Part shown: positions 23,051 through 31,638 of the stretch, piece after piece | Position numbering within the stretch: position 1 is the first letter of the stretch | Layout of the letters: each line of letters opens with the position of its first letter | From: Mycobacterium tuberculosis H37Rv | GTDB taxonomy: Bacteria; Actinomycetota; Actinomycetes; Mycobacteriales; Mycobacteriaceae | Assembly (NCBI RefSeq): GCF_000195955.2 | Contig: NC_000962.3 | Coordinates: 3,660,001-3,692,000, forward strand | DNA length: 32,000 bases | Direction of reading: 5' to 3' | Made by a program: the position numbers and the translations under genes | The notes under the pieces: generated by a model | What the model was told of the DNA's origin: nothing | Database searches by the model: none | What the model saw: only the letters and a program-made list of their open reading frames with translations

Positions 23051-25963
23051 TCAGCCCGCGGCGCCCTGTCCCACCGCTTGGACCGATGCGTGCTCGTGCA
23101 ACGCCCTGGCGGCTTCGGGATGTACGGGCTTGAGGTCGAAGATGACCTCGGTGACGGTCCCGGTGAACGCATAGGGCGCCTTGTCCTCATAGCCGCGGTC
23201 AACGACCAGGCCGTTGTCGCGGCCGATGTCCATGCCGGCATAGGAGGTAAAGGCCAGCGGCACCGTCTGGGGCAGCTCACCCTCTCCGATCAACCGATCG
23301 TCGGCCCAGAGCGTCACCCGACCACCGGAGGCGGCGACGGGTTGATGGGAATCGAACAGCATCCGCACCGTGACATCCCCGGTGGGGAGCGGCTCGCTGG
23401 ACACCTGCCGGTAGGTTTCGACGCCCAGGAAGGAGTAGGTGTGGTGCAGGTGCCGCTGTTCGTCGACCCATAGCGCGAACCCTCCCATGAAGTCGGCGTT
23501 GGCGACGATCACACCCTGCGCGCCGCCGTCGGGGATGTGCAGCCGTGCCTCGATCGCGTAAGAACGACCGCAGATACGGGGGACCATGCCGCGCTGAATG
23601 TTCTGCACGTCACCTTTGAAACTGAACCGTGCGGTGGTGGGCAGGGGCGGCAGGTCGCCGAACATTACCGCGAGCCCGCCCAGCAGCGGCAGCACCCGGT
23701 TTCGTTCGGCCTCCTGCCACCACAGCTGGGTGAGCTCGGCGACCTTGTCGGGATGCTCGGCTGCCAGGTTTTTCGCCTGGGAGAAGTCATCTGGTAGGTA
23801 GTACAGCTCCCAGACGTCCTGGTCCGGGTCGTAGGTCCCCGGCGCGAACCGTCGCATCGTCTCCGGTGACAGATCCCAGGGCGCCTTGTCCAAGCGAGCG
23901 CACGCCCACCAGCCGTCTTTGTAGATGGCACGGCTGCCGAAGTTTTCGAAGTACTGCACGGTGTGGCGGTCTTCGGCTTCAGCGTCGTCGAAGGTCCGCA
24001 CGAAACTGGTTCCGTCCATCGGTTCCTGCTCGAAGCCGTCGACATGGGTCGGCTCCGGTAAACCGATGGCCGCCAACACGGTCGGCGCGATGTCGATGCA
24101 GTGGGTGAACTGGCTACGAACACGGCCGTCTGGCCGGATCCGGGCCGGCCAAGCGACCACCAATGGATCGCGCGTGCCGCCCAGGTGGCTGGCCATCTGC
24201 TTGCCCCACTGCAACGGGGTGTTGCTCGCATGCGCCCACGCGCTGGCGAAATGCGGTGCGGTGAACTCGTCGCCGAGTGCGGCGATGCCGCCGTATTGTT
24301 CGATCAGCTCCAATTGCCGCTCGGCATCCAGATCCAGGCCGTTAAGGAACGTCATCTCATTGAACGAACCGGTGTTGGTGCCCTCCATGCTGGCGCCATT
24401 GTCGCCCCAGATGTAGAACACCAACGTGTTGTCGGACTCGCCGAGATCCTCGATCGCGTCCAGCAGCCGGCCAACATTCCAGTCCGCATTTTCCGAGAAC
24501 CCGGCGAACACCTCCATCTGGCGGGCAAAGAGCCGTTTTTGCGCCTCCGACATACTGTCCCACGCGGGGAATAGGTCGGGCCGCTCGGTGAGTTCGGCGT
24601 CGGGTGGAATGATCCCGAGTCGCTTTTGCCGTTCGAATGTCTTCTGCCGGTACACATCCCAGCCATCATCGAACTCACCTCGGTACTTGTCGGCCCATTC
24701 CTTGAATACGTGGTGTGGCGCGTGGGTGGCGCCGGTCGCGTAGTACAGCATCCACGGCTTGGTGGCATTCTGGGCCCGCACGGTGTGCAGCCACTCGATA
24801 GCCTTGTCGGTGAGGTCGTCGGGGAAATAGTAGGGACGGCCGTCTTCCCCAGAACCCTCGGGTATGCCTATGACGGAGTTGTCCTGACTGATGATCGGGT
24901 CGTACTGACCCGCGGCGCCGCTCGGGAAGCCCCAGAAATGGTCGAATCCCCAACCCAGCGGCCAGTTGTCGAACGGCCCCGCGGCTCCCTGGACATTGTC
25001 CGGGGTCAGATGCCACTTGCCGAAAGCGCCAGTCACATAACCGTTGTCGCGCAGAATACGCGGCAGCGCTGCGCAACTGCGTGGCCTGACCGCCGAATAC
25101 CCCGGGTACGGGCCGGGGAACTCGCAGACCGACCCGAAGCCCACCCGGTGATGGTTACGCCCGGTCAACAGCGCCGCACGGGTCGGCGAGCACACCGCGG
25201 TCACATGAAAACGGTTGTAGATCAACCCATTCTGGGCTAGCCGGGACAGCGTCGGGGTTCGGATCGCGCCGCCGAATGTATCCGGTCCGCCGAACCCAGC
25301 GTCATCGATCAACACGATCAGCACATTCGGTGCGTCGTCGGGCGGAAAGGGACCGGGGACAATCGACCAGTCGCCGACCGACTCTGCCATGGTGCGGCCA
25401 ACCACGCCACCAAAGCGGCGCTGCGGTAGCGGCAGCCGGGTGCGGTCTGGGTTGAACTTGCCCATCGCCTCTCGCAACGCCGCACCCAGGCTTCGCAACG
25501 TCGAACGACTCAGCTCCGCAACCGATTTCATTGGAGAGCTAGCCAACGCCTGCCCCGCTTCCAGTCGGCCTTGTGCCTCCGTCACGGCGATGACCACTGC
25601 TCGGCCCGCCGCCAGCGCTTGGCCGATCTTGTCGGCCAGCCCGGTCTTGATCCGATGGTGGGCGAAGGTGCCGGCCAATGCTCCGGTCGCGGCGCCGAGC
25701 GCCGCCGAGGCCAACAGTGCCGGCGAGAACAGGCCGATCGCCAGGCCCACCCCGGCGCCCCACGCGGCGCCGCGCCGGCCGAGCCGATTTCCGGTGTCGA
25801 CCAAAACCGGACTGCCCTCGGCGTCCTTGCCGATCAGCACCGCACCCTGCAGCGGAATGCTTTTGTCCTTGGCGGCATCGACGAGGGTTTGAAAATCGTG
25901 ACGAGCCGAATCGAGGTCCTGATAGCCGGCGACGAGCACCAGCGCGTTGTCTTCACTCATCAC
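23051..25963 (-). CDS. atsB: Arylsulfatase with N-terminal DUF1269-like glycine-zipper membrane module and C-terminal lectin-like domain
   Basis: The sulfatase signature CSPTRAALLTGR has its Cys codon at 25190-25192, with DDAGFG metal ligands upstream. GTG 25963 (970 aa) or ATG 25960 are plausible starts. The 992-aa track ORF begins further upstream. Confidence 0.85.
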   Translation of the reverse strand: MMSEDNALVLVAGYQDLDSARHDFQTLVDAAKDKSIPLQGAVLIGKDAEGSPVLVDTGNRLGRRGAAWGAGVGLAIGLFSPALLASAALGAATGALAGTFAHHRIKTGLADKIGQALAAGRAVVIAVTEAQGRLEAGQALASSPMKSVAELSRSTLRSLGAALREAMGKFNPDRTRLPLPQRRFGGVVGRTMAESVGDWSIVPGPFPPDDAPNVLIVLIDDAGFGGPDTFGGAIRTPTLSRLAQNGLIYNRFHVTAVCSPTRAALLTGRNHHRVGFGSVCEFPGPYPGYSAVRPRSCAALPRILRDNGYVTGAFGKWHLTPDNVQGAAGPFDNWPLGWGFDHFWGFPSGAAGQYDPIISQDNSVIGIPEGSGEDGRPYYFPDDLTDKAIEWLHTVRAQNATKPWMLYYATGATHAPHHVFKEWADKYRGEFDDGWDVYRQKTFERQKRLGIIPPDAELTERPDLFPAWDSMSEAQKRLFARQMEVFAGFSENADWNVGRLLDAIEDLGESDNTLVFYIWGDNGASMEGTNTGSFNEMTFLNGLDLDAERQLELIEQYGGIAALGDEFTAPHFASAWAHASNTPLQWGKQMASHLGGTRDPLVVAWPARIRPDGRVRSQFTHCIDIAPTVLAAIGLPEPTHVDGFEQEPMDGTSFVRTFDDAEAEDRHTVQYFENFGSRAIYKDGWWACARLDKAPWDLSPETMRRFAPGTYDPDQDVWELYYLPDDFSQAKNLAAEHPDKVAELTQLWWQEAERNRVLPLLGGLAVMFGDLPPLPTTARFSFKGDVQNIQRGMVPRICGRSYAIEARLHIPDGGAQGVIVANADFMGGFALWVDEQRHLHHTYSFLGVETYRQVSSEPLPTGDVTVRMLFDSHQPVAASGGRVTLWADDRLIGEGELPQTVPLAFTSYAGMDIGRDNGLVVDRGYEDKAPYAFTGTVTEVIFDLKPVHPEAARALHEHASVQAVGQGAAG

Positions 25964-25982
25964 GAAACTCCCGATATGTGTG

Positions 25983-26900
25983 TCACGGCCGGCAATCGGC
26001 CGCGGCTGACCATGTTGGCAACGTAGCACCGGTCAACGTGCGCGTGCTGGCGAACTCGCGGTGCGACCCGGTCAGCGGATCGTCGAACTCGATGCGCTGC
26101 GCGAGCAACTGCAGCGGTGTGCTGAAGTCGTGGGCGGCCACGGATATCACGTTGGGGTACAACGGGTCACCCATGATCGGTATCCCCAGCGCCGCCATGT
26201 GCACTCGCAGCTGGTGGGTGCGCCCGGTGGTCGGTGTCAGCCGATACAGACCGTCGCGCGCTATCCGCTCCACCAGCGTCTCCGCGTTGGGAACGCCGGG
26301 CTCACAGACCGCCTGCAGATGGCCCCGGCGCTTGACGATGCGACTGCGGACCAGGCGCGGCAGGGCCAGACCCGGGGCAACGGGTGCGCGAGCCAGATAG
26401 GTCTTGCGCACCAAACCGCGGGCGAACATCGTCTGGTAGCTGCCGCGCACCTCGCGTCGGGTGGTGAACAACAACACCCCGGCGGTCAGCCGGTCCAGCC
26501 GGTGGGCCGGGCTCAGCTCGGGCAATCCCAGTTCGCGACGCAGCCGCACCAGCGCGGTCTGCGCGACGTGTCGCCCCCGAGGCATGGTCGCCAAGAAATG
26601 TGGCTTGTCGACGACGACGATGTCGGCGTCTTGATGCAGCACTGGGACATCGAAGGGCACCGGCACCTCGTCGGGCAGGTCGCGATACAGGTGCACAACC
26701 GAACCGGGCGGCAGCACCGTGCCACTGTCGACCACCGCACCGTCGTCGTCGACCACCTCCCCGGCCAGCACCTTCGCACGGGCCGCCACGCCAAACCGTG
26801 CGGTCAGCTCGGCTAACACCGACCCGCCAAGCAGTCGCACCCGCACCGGCCCCAGCACGTCGTGCACGCTAAGCAAACGATCCTCTGGCCGCAACGCCAC
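25983..26900 (-). CDS. RluA-family pseudouridine synthase (Rv3300c-like)
   Basis: 305-aa ORF with the catalytic motif HRLDRLTAGVLLF and a downstream RluA-type KTYLA and HQLRVH pattern. Confidence 0.85.
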   Translation of the reverse strand: MALRPEDRLLSVHDVLGPVRVRLLGGSVLAELTARFGVAARAKVLAGEVVDDDGAVVDSGTVLPPGSVVHLYRDLPDEVPVPFDVPVLHQDADIVVVDKPHFLATMPRGRHVAQTALVRLRRELGLPELSPAHRLDRLTAGVLLFTTRREVRGSYQTMFARGLVRKTYLARAPVAPGLALPRLVRSRIVKRRGHLQAVCEPGVPNAETLVERIARDGLYRLTPTTGRTHQLRVHMAALGIPIMGDPLYPNVISVAAHDFSTPLQLLAQRIEFDDPLTGSHREFASTRTLTGATLPTWSAAADCRP

Positions 26901-26911
26901 ACGAGACCCTC

Positions 26912-27577
26912 TCAGTAAGTGGAAATCTCGTCCTCGGTCGGTAGCACCCCGGTGACCATGAAGATGACGCGGCGGCCCACTTCCACAGCGTGGTCGGCGA
27001 AGCGCTCAAAGAAACGACCCAGCAACGCCGTTTCCACACCGACGCGAACGCCGTGCCGCCATTCTCGATCTATCAGCACGCTCAGCAAATGCCTATGCAG
27101 GTCATCCATCGCGTCGTCACGATCGTGCAGTTGCGCGGCTTCCTGCGGGTCACGGTTCACCAGCACTTGTCTTGCACTGTCACCCAACGCGATTGCCACC
27201 TTCGCCATGTCGGCGAAGCAGTTGCGAACTTCCTCAGGAAGCACCTGGTTCGGATACTCGCGTCGGGTGATCTTGGCAATATGCACAGCCAACGCACCCA
27301 TGCGCTCGGTGTCGGCGATGATCTGCACCGCACTGAAGATTTCCCGCAGCTCGCCGGCCACCGGATGTTGCAACGCCAGCAGCGCGAACGCTTCCTTTTC
27401 GACTTGGGCTCGCATCGCCACGATCCGCTCATGGTCACGGATTACTTGTTCAGCGGCGCCAATGTCGGCCTCGAGCAGAGCCTGCGTTGCGCGTTTCATC
27501 GCTATCCCGGCCAGGCTGCACATCTCTCCCAATCGTCCGGCCAACTCGGTTAGCCGCTGGTGATAGACCGTCCGCAT
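26912..27577 (-). CDS. phoY1: PhoU-family phosphate signalling regulator
   Basis: 221-aa ORF with the duplicated PhoU three-helix-bundle pattern ([15 protein letters not shown] and [16 protein letters not shown], plus a [11 protein letters not shown] segment). Confidence 0.9.
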   Translation of the reverse strand: MRTVYHQRLTELAGRLGEMCSLAGIAMKRATQALLEADIGAAEQVIRDHERIVAMRAQVEKEAFALLALQHPVAGELREIFSAVQIIADTERMGALAVHIAKITRREYPNQVLPEEVRNCFADMAKVAIALGDSARQVLVNRDPQEAAQLHDRDDAMDDLHRHLLSVLIDREWRHGVRVGVETALLGRFFERFADHAVEVGRRVIFMVTGVLPTEDEISTY

Positions 27578-27664
27578 GGTGTCACGCCTCTCTGACCCTG
27601 AGTCGTCGTGTGGTGCTGCCGCGGATCCACACCGCCATCATCGACCATGGCGGCACCGCGCGAC

Positions 27665-27691
27665 ATACCCGCTTGGCGTAGCCTTCAATCC
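27665..27691 (-). promoter_or_regulatory. SigF-type promoter upstream of phoY1
   Basis: The minus strand reads GGATT-GAAGGCTACGCCAAGC-GGGTAT, an exact fit to GGWWT-N16-GGGTAY. It lies ~90 nt upstream of the phoY1 ATG. Its -35 element overlaps the glpD2 stop codon (27685-27687). Confidence 0.6.
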
Positions 27692-29442
27692 AAAGGCACC
27701 GGCTCGAGGATCTCGGCACGCGCCTCGGGTGCGCTGGCCCGCAACATGTCCGCCGAAACGTCGTCGGGCTGGGCCTGGGAGAGCACCTCGGCCTCCACGC
27801 GCGCCATATAGTTCGCGACCTCGCGGTCGATGTCTGCGGCGGTCCACCCGAGCACGGGCGCGACCACCTCGGCCACCTCCCGGGCGCAGTCGACGCCCCG
27901 GTGCGGGTATTCGATGGAAATCCGCATCCGACGGGCCAGGATGTCCTCGAGATGCAGGGCGCCCTCGGCGGCGGCGGCGTAAGCGGCTTCCACCTTCAAA
28001 TAGCCCGGTGCCTCCGTTATCGGGCTCAACAGGCTGGGATCGGAGGCCGCCATCGCTAGAACGTCGCTGATCAGCGAACCATAGCGGTCCAGCAGATGGC
28101 GCACCCGGTACGGGTGCAGGCCCTGCAGCGCGCCGACGTGTTCGGCCTGATTGACCAGTGCAAAGTAACCGTCGGCGCCCAGCAGGCTGACCTTCTCGGT
28201 GATCGACGGCGCAACGCGGGCGGGGATGAACTGCACAGCAGCGTCGATCGCGTCGGCCGCCATTACTCGGTAGGTGGTGTACTTGCCACCGGCGATGGCC
28301 ACCAGGCCCGCCGCCGGCACAGCCACGGCGTGTTCCCGGGACAGCTTGGAGGTGTCGTCGCTTTCCCCGGCAAGCAGCGGCCGCAGCCCGGCGTACACTC
28401 CGTCAATGTCGGCGTGCGTCAACGGGGTCGCCAACACGGCGTTGACAGTGCCCAGGATGTAGTCGATGTCGGCCTTGGTGGCCGCGGGGTGCGCCAGGTC
28501 GAGGTTCCAGTCGGTATCGGTGGTTCCGATGATCCAGTGACTTCCCCACGGAATGACAAACATCACCGACTTCTCCGTGCGCAGGATCATCGCGACGTCA
28601 CTGACAATCCGGTCCCGCGGCACCACCACATGCACGCCCTTGGATGCGCGCACCTGGAAGCGCCCGCGCTGTTTGGACAACGCTTGAATCTCATCGGTCC
28701 AGACCCCGGTCGCGTTGACCACGACGTGGCCGCGAACCTCGGCAACCGCGCCGTTCTCGGAGTCGCGGACGCCCACGCCGATCACCCGGTCACCCTCTCG
28801 CAACAAGGCCACTACCTGGGTGGAGCAGCGGACAACCGCGCCGTAATGCGCCGCGGTGCGCGCGACCGTCATGGTGTGCCGGGCGTCGTCGACGACGGTG
28901 TCGTAGTAACGGATACCACCGATCAGCGAGCTGCGCTTCAAGCCGGGGCTCAGTCGCAGCGCACCGGCGCGAGTAAAATGCCGTTGCGCCGGAACCGATT
29001 TCGCGCCACCCAGCCGGTCGTAAAGAAAGATACCCGCGGCGATGTAGGGACGCTCCCACCAGCGTTTGGTCAGCGGGAACAAAAACGGCAGCGGCTTGAC
29101 CAAATGCGGTGCCAGCGTGGTCAGCGACAGTTCACGTTCATAGAGCGCCTCACGCACCAGCCCGAACTCCAGTTGCTCGAGGTAGCGCAGCCCGCCGTGG
29201 AACATCTTCGAGGAGCGGCTCGACGTGCCGGAGGCCAAGTCCCGCGCCTCGACCAACGCCACCTTGAGCCCACGGGTGGCAGCATCCAAAGCGCATCCGG
29301 AGCCCACTACTCCGCCGCCGATCACCACGACGTCGAATTGCTCGGTTCCGAGTCGCTTCCAGGCGACCGCGCGCTGTGCAGGTCCCAGCGCCGCGGCGGG
29401 CCACCCCTGCCCGCCGTCCGGTGCCTGGATTGGGTTGCTCAC
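27685..29442 (-). CDS. glpD2: FAD-dependent glycerol-3-phosphate dehydrogenase
   Basis: 585-aa ORF with a GTG start at 29442 and an AGGAG SD in the 14-nt gap after lpdA. It has the dinucleotide-binding motif VVVIGGGVVGSGCALDAATRG and a C-terminal GlpD-type domain. Confidence 0.9.
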   Translation of the reverse strand: MSNPIQAPDGGQGWPAAALGPAQRAVAWKRLGTEQFDVVVIGGGVVGSGCALDAATRGLKVALVEARDLASGTSSRSSKMFHGGLRYLEQLEFGLVREALYERELSLTTLAPHLVKPLPFLFPLTKRWWERPYIAAGIFLYDRLGGAKSVPAQRHFTRAGALRLSPGLKRSSLIGGIRYYDTVVDDARHTMTVARTAAHYGAVVRCSTQVVALLREGDRVIGVGVRDSENGAVAEVRGHVVVNATGVWTDEIQALSKQRGRFQVRASKGVHVVVPRDRIVSDVAMILRTEKSVMFVIPWGSHWIIGTTDTDWNLDLAHPAATKADIDYILGTVNAVLATPLTHADIDGVYAGLRPLLAGESDDTSKLSREHAVAVPAAGLVAIAGGKYTTYRVMAADAIDAAVQFIPARVAPSITEKVSLLGADGYFALVNQAEHVGALQGLHPYRVRHLLDRYGSLISDVLAMAASDPSLLSPITEAPGYLKVEAAYAAAAEGALHLEDILARRMRISIEYPHRGVDCAREVAEVVAPVLGWTAADIDREVANYMARVEAEVLSQAQPDDVSADMLRASAPEARAEILEPVPLD

Positions 29443-29456
29443 GAAACCGGCTCCTG

Positions 29457-30938
29457 TCAGTTACTCGTCGGTAGGTGGTGTGGCACCAAGGCTAGTTGTT
29501 CAGCCGCGTCTTGAGCTGCCGTGCAGTCCAGATCGTCGTGCGCCATCAGCCGGCGGGCCGCCTCGGTTATCGAACCCGACAACGATGGGTAAACGGCCAG
29601 TGTCTGGGCCAGCTCGTTGACGGTGATGCGGTTCTGAACGGCTACGGCGATGGGCAGGATCAGCTCCGATGCGATCGGCGCCACCACCACGCCGCCGATC
29701 ACAACGCCGGTGGACCGCCGGCAGAAGATCTTGACGAACCCGTGACGCATCTCCGACATCTTGGCGCGCGCGTTGGTTCGTAACGGCAGCATGATGGTCC
29801 GGGCGGCCACCGAACCGGCGTCGATGACCGATTGCGGCACCCCGACCGCGGCGATCTCGGGCCTGGTGAAAACCGTCGCGGCCACCGTGCGTAACCGGAT
29901 CGGGCTGACGCCCTCCCCCAGCGCGTGGTACATCGCGATGCGGCCCTGCATTGCGGCGACCGACGCCAGGGGCAGCAAACCCGTGCAGTCGCCCGCGGCG
30001 TAGATGCCGGTCGCCAACGTCCGCGACACCCGGTCCACGGTCAGGTAATTGCCCCGGCCAAGCTGGATGCCGACCCGTTCCAGGCCCAGGCCGCTGGTGT
30101 TGGGCACCGACCCGATGGTCATCAGGGCGTGGCTGCCCTCGACGGTGCGACCGTCGGTCATCGTGACGAGCACCCCGGCCCCGGTGCGGGTGACCGATGC
30201 TGCCCGGGCATTTTTGAACAGCCGGACTCCCCGTTCGGCGAACGACTCTTCCAGGACCAGCGCAGCGTCAGCGTCCTCATACGGCAGCACGTGGTCCTGG
30301 CTGGCCACCACCGTGACCGGCACCCCCAATTCGGTATAGGCGTCCACGAACTCAGCACCGGTAACCCCGGAGCCCACCACGATGAGGTGGTCGGGCAACG
30401 CGTCCAAGTCGTAGAGCTGCCGCCAGGTCAGAATGCGCTCACCGTCCGGCTGGGCCGACGGCAGGATCCGCGGGCTGGCGCCGGTGGCGACCAGCACGAC
30501 GTCGGCCTCATGCTCACTGGTGGAGCCGTCGGCGGCGGTCGCCTTAATGCGATGGCGCGCCAGACCCGGTGTGGAGTCGATCAACTCGCCCCGGCCGGCG
30601 ATCACCTGAACCCCCATGCTGAGCAGCTGGGCGGTGATGTCGGCCGACTGTGCGGCGGCCAGCGTCTTGACCCGGGCATGGATTTGCGGCAACGAGATCT
30701 TGGCGTCGTCGAAGTCGATATGAAAGCCCAGGTGCGGCGCTCGGCGCAGTTCGGTACGCAGCCCGGTGGAGGCGATGAACGTCTTCGACGGCACACAGTC
30801 GTCCAGTACGGCAGCCCCGCCGATGCCGTCGCAGTCAATCACGGTAACTTGGGTTGTTTCCGGGTGTGAGGTGGCGGCCACCAGTGCGGCCTCGTAACCG
30901 GCCGGGCCGCCACCGAGGATCACGATGCGGGTCACCAC
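29457..30938 (-). CDS. lpdA: Flavoprotein disulfide-reductase-family NAD(P)H quinone reductase
   Basis: 493-aa product from GTG 30938. It has the FAD motif IVILGGGPAGYEAAL and the NAD motif LIVVGSGVTGAEF. The redox-active CxxxxC is degenerate (AVLDDCVPSK, single Cys). The 503-aa track ORF is an upstream extension. Confidence 0.9.
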   Translation of the reverse strand: MVTRIVILGGGPAGYEAALVAATSHPETTQVTVIDCDGIGGAAVLDDCVPSKTFIASTGLRTELRRAPHLGFHIDFDDAKISLPQIHARVKTLAAAQSADITAQLLSMGVQVIAGRGELIDSTPGLARHRIKATAADGSTSEHEADVVLVATGASPRILPSAQPDGERILTWRQLYDLDALPDHLIVVGSGVTGAEFVDAYTELGVPVTVVASQDHVLPYEDADAALVLEESFAERGVRLFKNARAASVTRTGAGVLVTMTDGRTVEGSHALMTIGSVPNTSGLGLERVGIQLGRGNYLTVDRVSRTLATGIYAAGDCTGLLPLASVAAMQGRIAMYHALGEGVSPIRLRTVAATVFTRPEIAAVGVPQSVIDAGSVAARTIMLPLRTNARAKMSEMRHGFVKIFCRRSTGVVIGGVVVAPIASELILPIAVAVQNRITVNELAQTLAVYPSLSGSITEAARRLMAHDDLDCTAAQDAAEQLALVPHHLPTSN

Positions 30939-30950
30939 AGCCCATAACCT

Positions 30951-31124
30951 AGCTCGGCGACGATGCACGCCGCGCAGCGGCGTGAGGAGGAGCCGAGCAG
31001 TCCAACACAGCTCGGCGACGATGCACGCCGCGCAGCGGCGTGAGGAGGAGCCGAGCAGTCAAGCACAGCTTGACGATGACCCGCACCGCAGCGCGGCGCG
31101 ATGGGTACCACCCGAGCCCCCGCC
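30951..31124. repeat. 58-bp intergenic tandem repeat (two near-identical copies plus one degenerate copy)
   Basis: The unit AGCTCGGCGACGATGCACGCCGCGCAGCGGCGTGAGGAGGAGCCGAGCAGTCCAACAC occurs at 30951-31008 and at 31009-31066 (2 mismatches near the 3' end). A diverged third copy spans 31067-~31124. Each unit holds nested inverted repeats. Confidence 0.9.
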
Positions 31125-31140
31125 GTCTAAGCTTTCCCCC

Positions 31141-31620
31141 GTGCCGCTCTACGCCGCCTACGGGTCGAACATGCATCCCGAGCAGATGCTCGAGCGCGCA
31201 CCCCACTCGCCGATGGCCGGAACCGGCTGGTTACCCGGGTGGCGGCTGACGTTCGGCGGCGAGGACATCGGCTGGGAAGGGGCGCTTGCCACCGTCGTCG
31301 AAGACCCAGATTCGAAGGTGTTCGTCGTGCTCTACGACATGACCCCGGCGGACGAGAAGAACCTTGACCGGTGGGAAGGCTCCGAGTTCGGCATCCACCA
31401 GAAGATCCGATGCCGCGTGGAGCGCATTTCCTCGGACACCACAACGGATCCCGTCCTCGCGTGGTTGTACGTTTTGGACGCCTGGGAGGGTGGCCTGCCG
31501 TCGGCCCGCTATCTAGGTGTGATGGCCGATGCCGCTGAGATCGCGGGCGCGCCAAGTGATTACGTACATGACTTGCGTACTCGCCCGGCCCGCAACATCG
31601 GCCCGGGAACTATTGCCTAA
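31141..31620 (+). CDS. Gamma-glutamylcyclotransferase-like (GGCT/AIG2-like) protein (Rv3304-like)
   Basis: GTG 31141 gives 159 aa starting VPLYAAYGSNMHPEQM, the GGCT-like YGSN motif, with NLDRWEG further on. The 231-aa track ORF from 30925 runs through the 58-bp repeats and overlaps the lpdA start, so it is unlikely. Confidence 0.75.
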   Translation: MPLYAAYGSNMHPEQMLERAPHSPMAGTGWLPGWRLTFGGEDIGWEGALATVVEDPDSKVFVVLYDMTPADEKNLDRWEGSEFGIHQKIRCRVERISSDTTTDPVLAWLYVLDAWEGGLPSARYLGVMADAAEIAGAPSDYVHDLRTRPARNIGPGTIA

Positions 31621-31638
31621 TTATCGCGAGCGCCCAGG

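Noticed and set aside
27606-27652. Short inverted repeats GTGTGG...CCACAC and GCCAT...ATGGC in the phoY1 5' region
   Set aside because: The stems are only 5-6 bp and there is no flanking conservation information. They may contribute to 5' UTR structure, but the evidence is insufficient for a feature.
30925-31620. A 231-aa ORF extending the GGCT-like gene through the 58-bp repeats
   Set aside because: It would overlap the lpdA start and translate repeats whose 58-bp period breaks the frame between copies. The GGCT-like domain begins right at GTG 31141.
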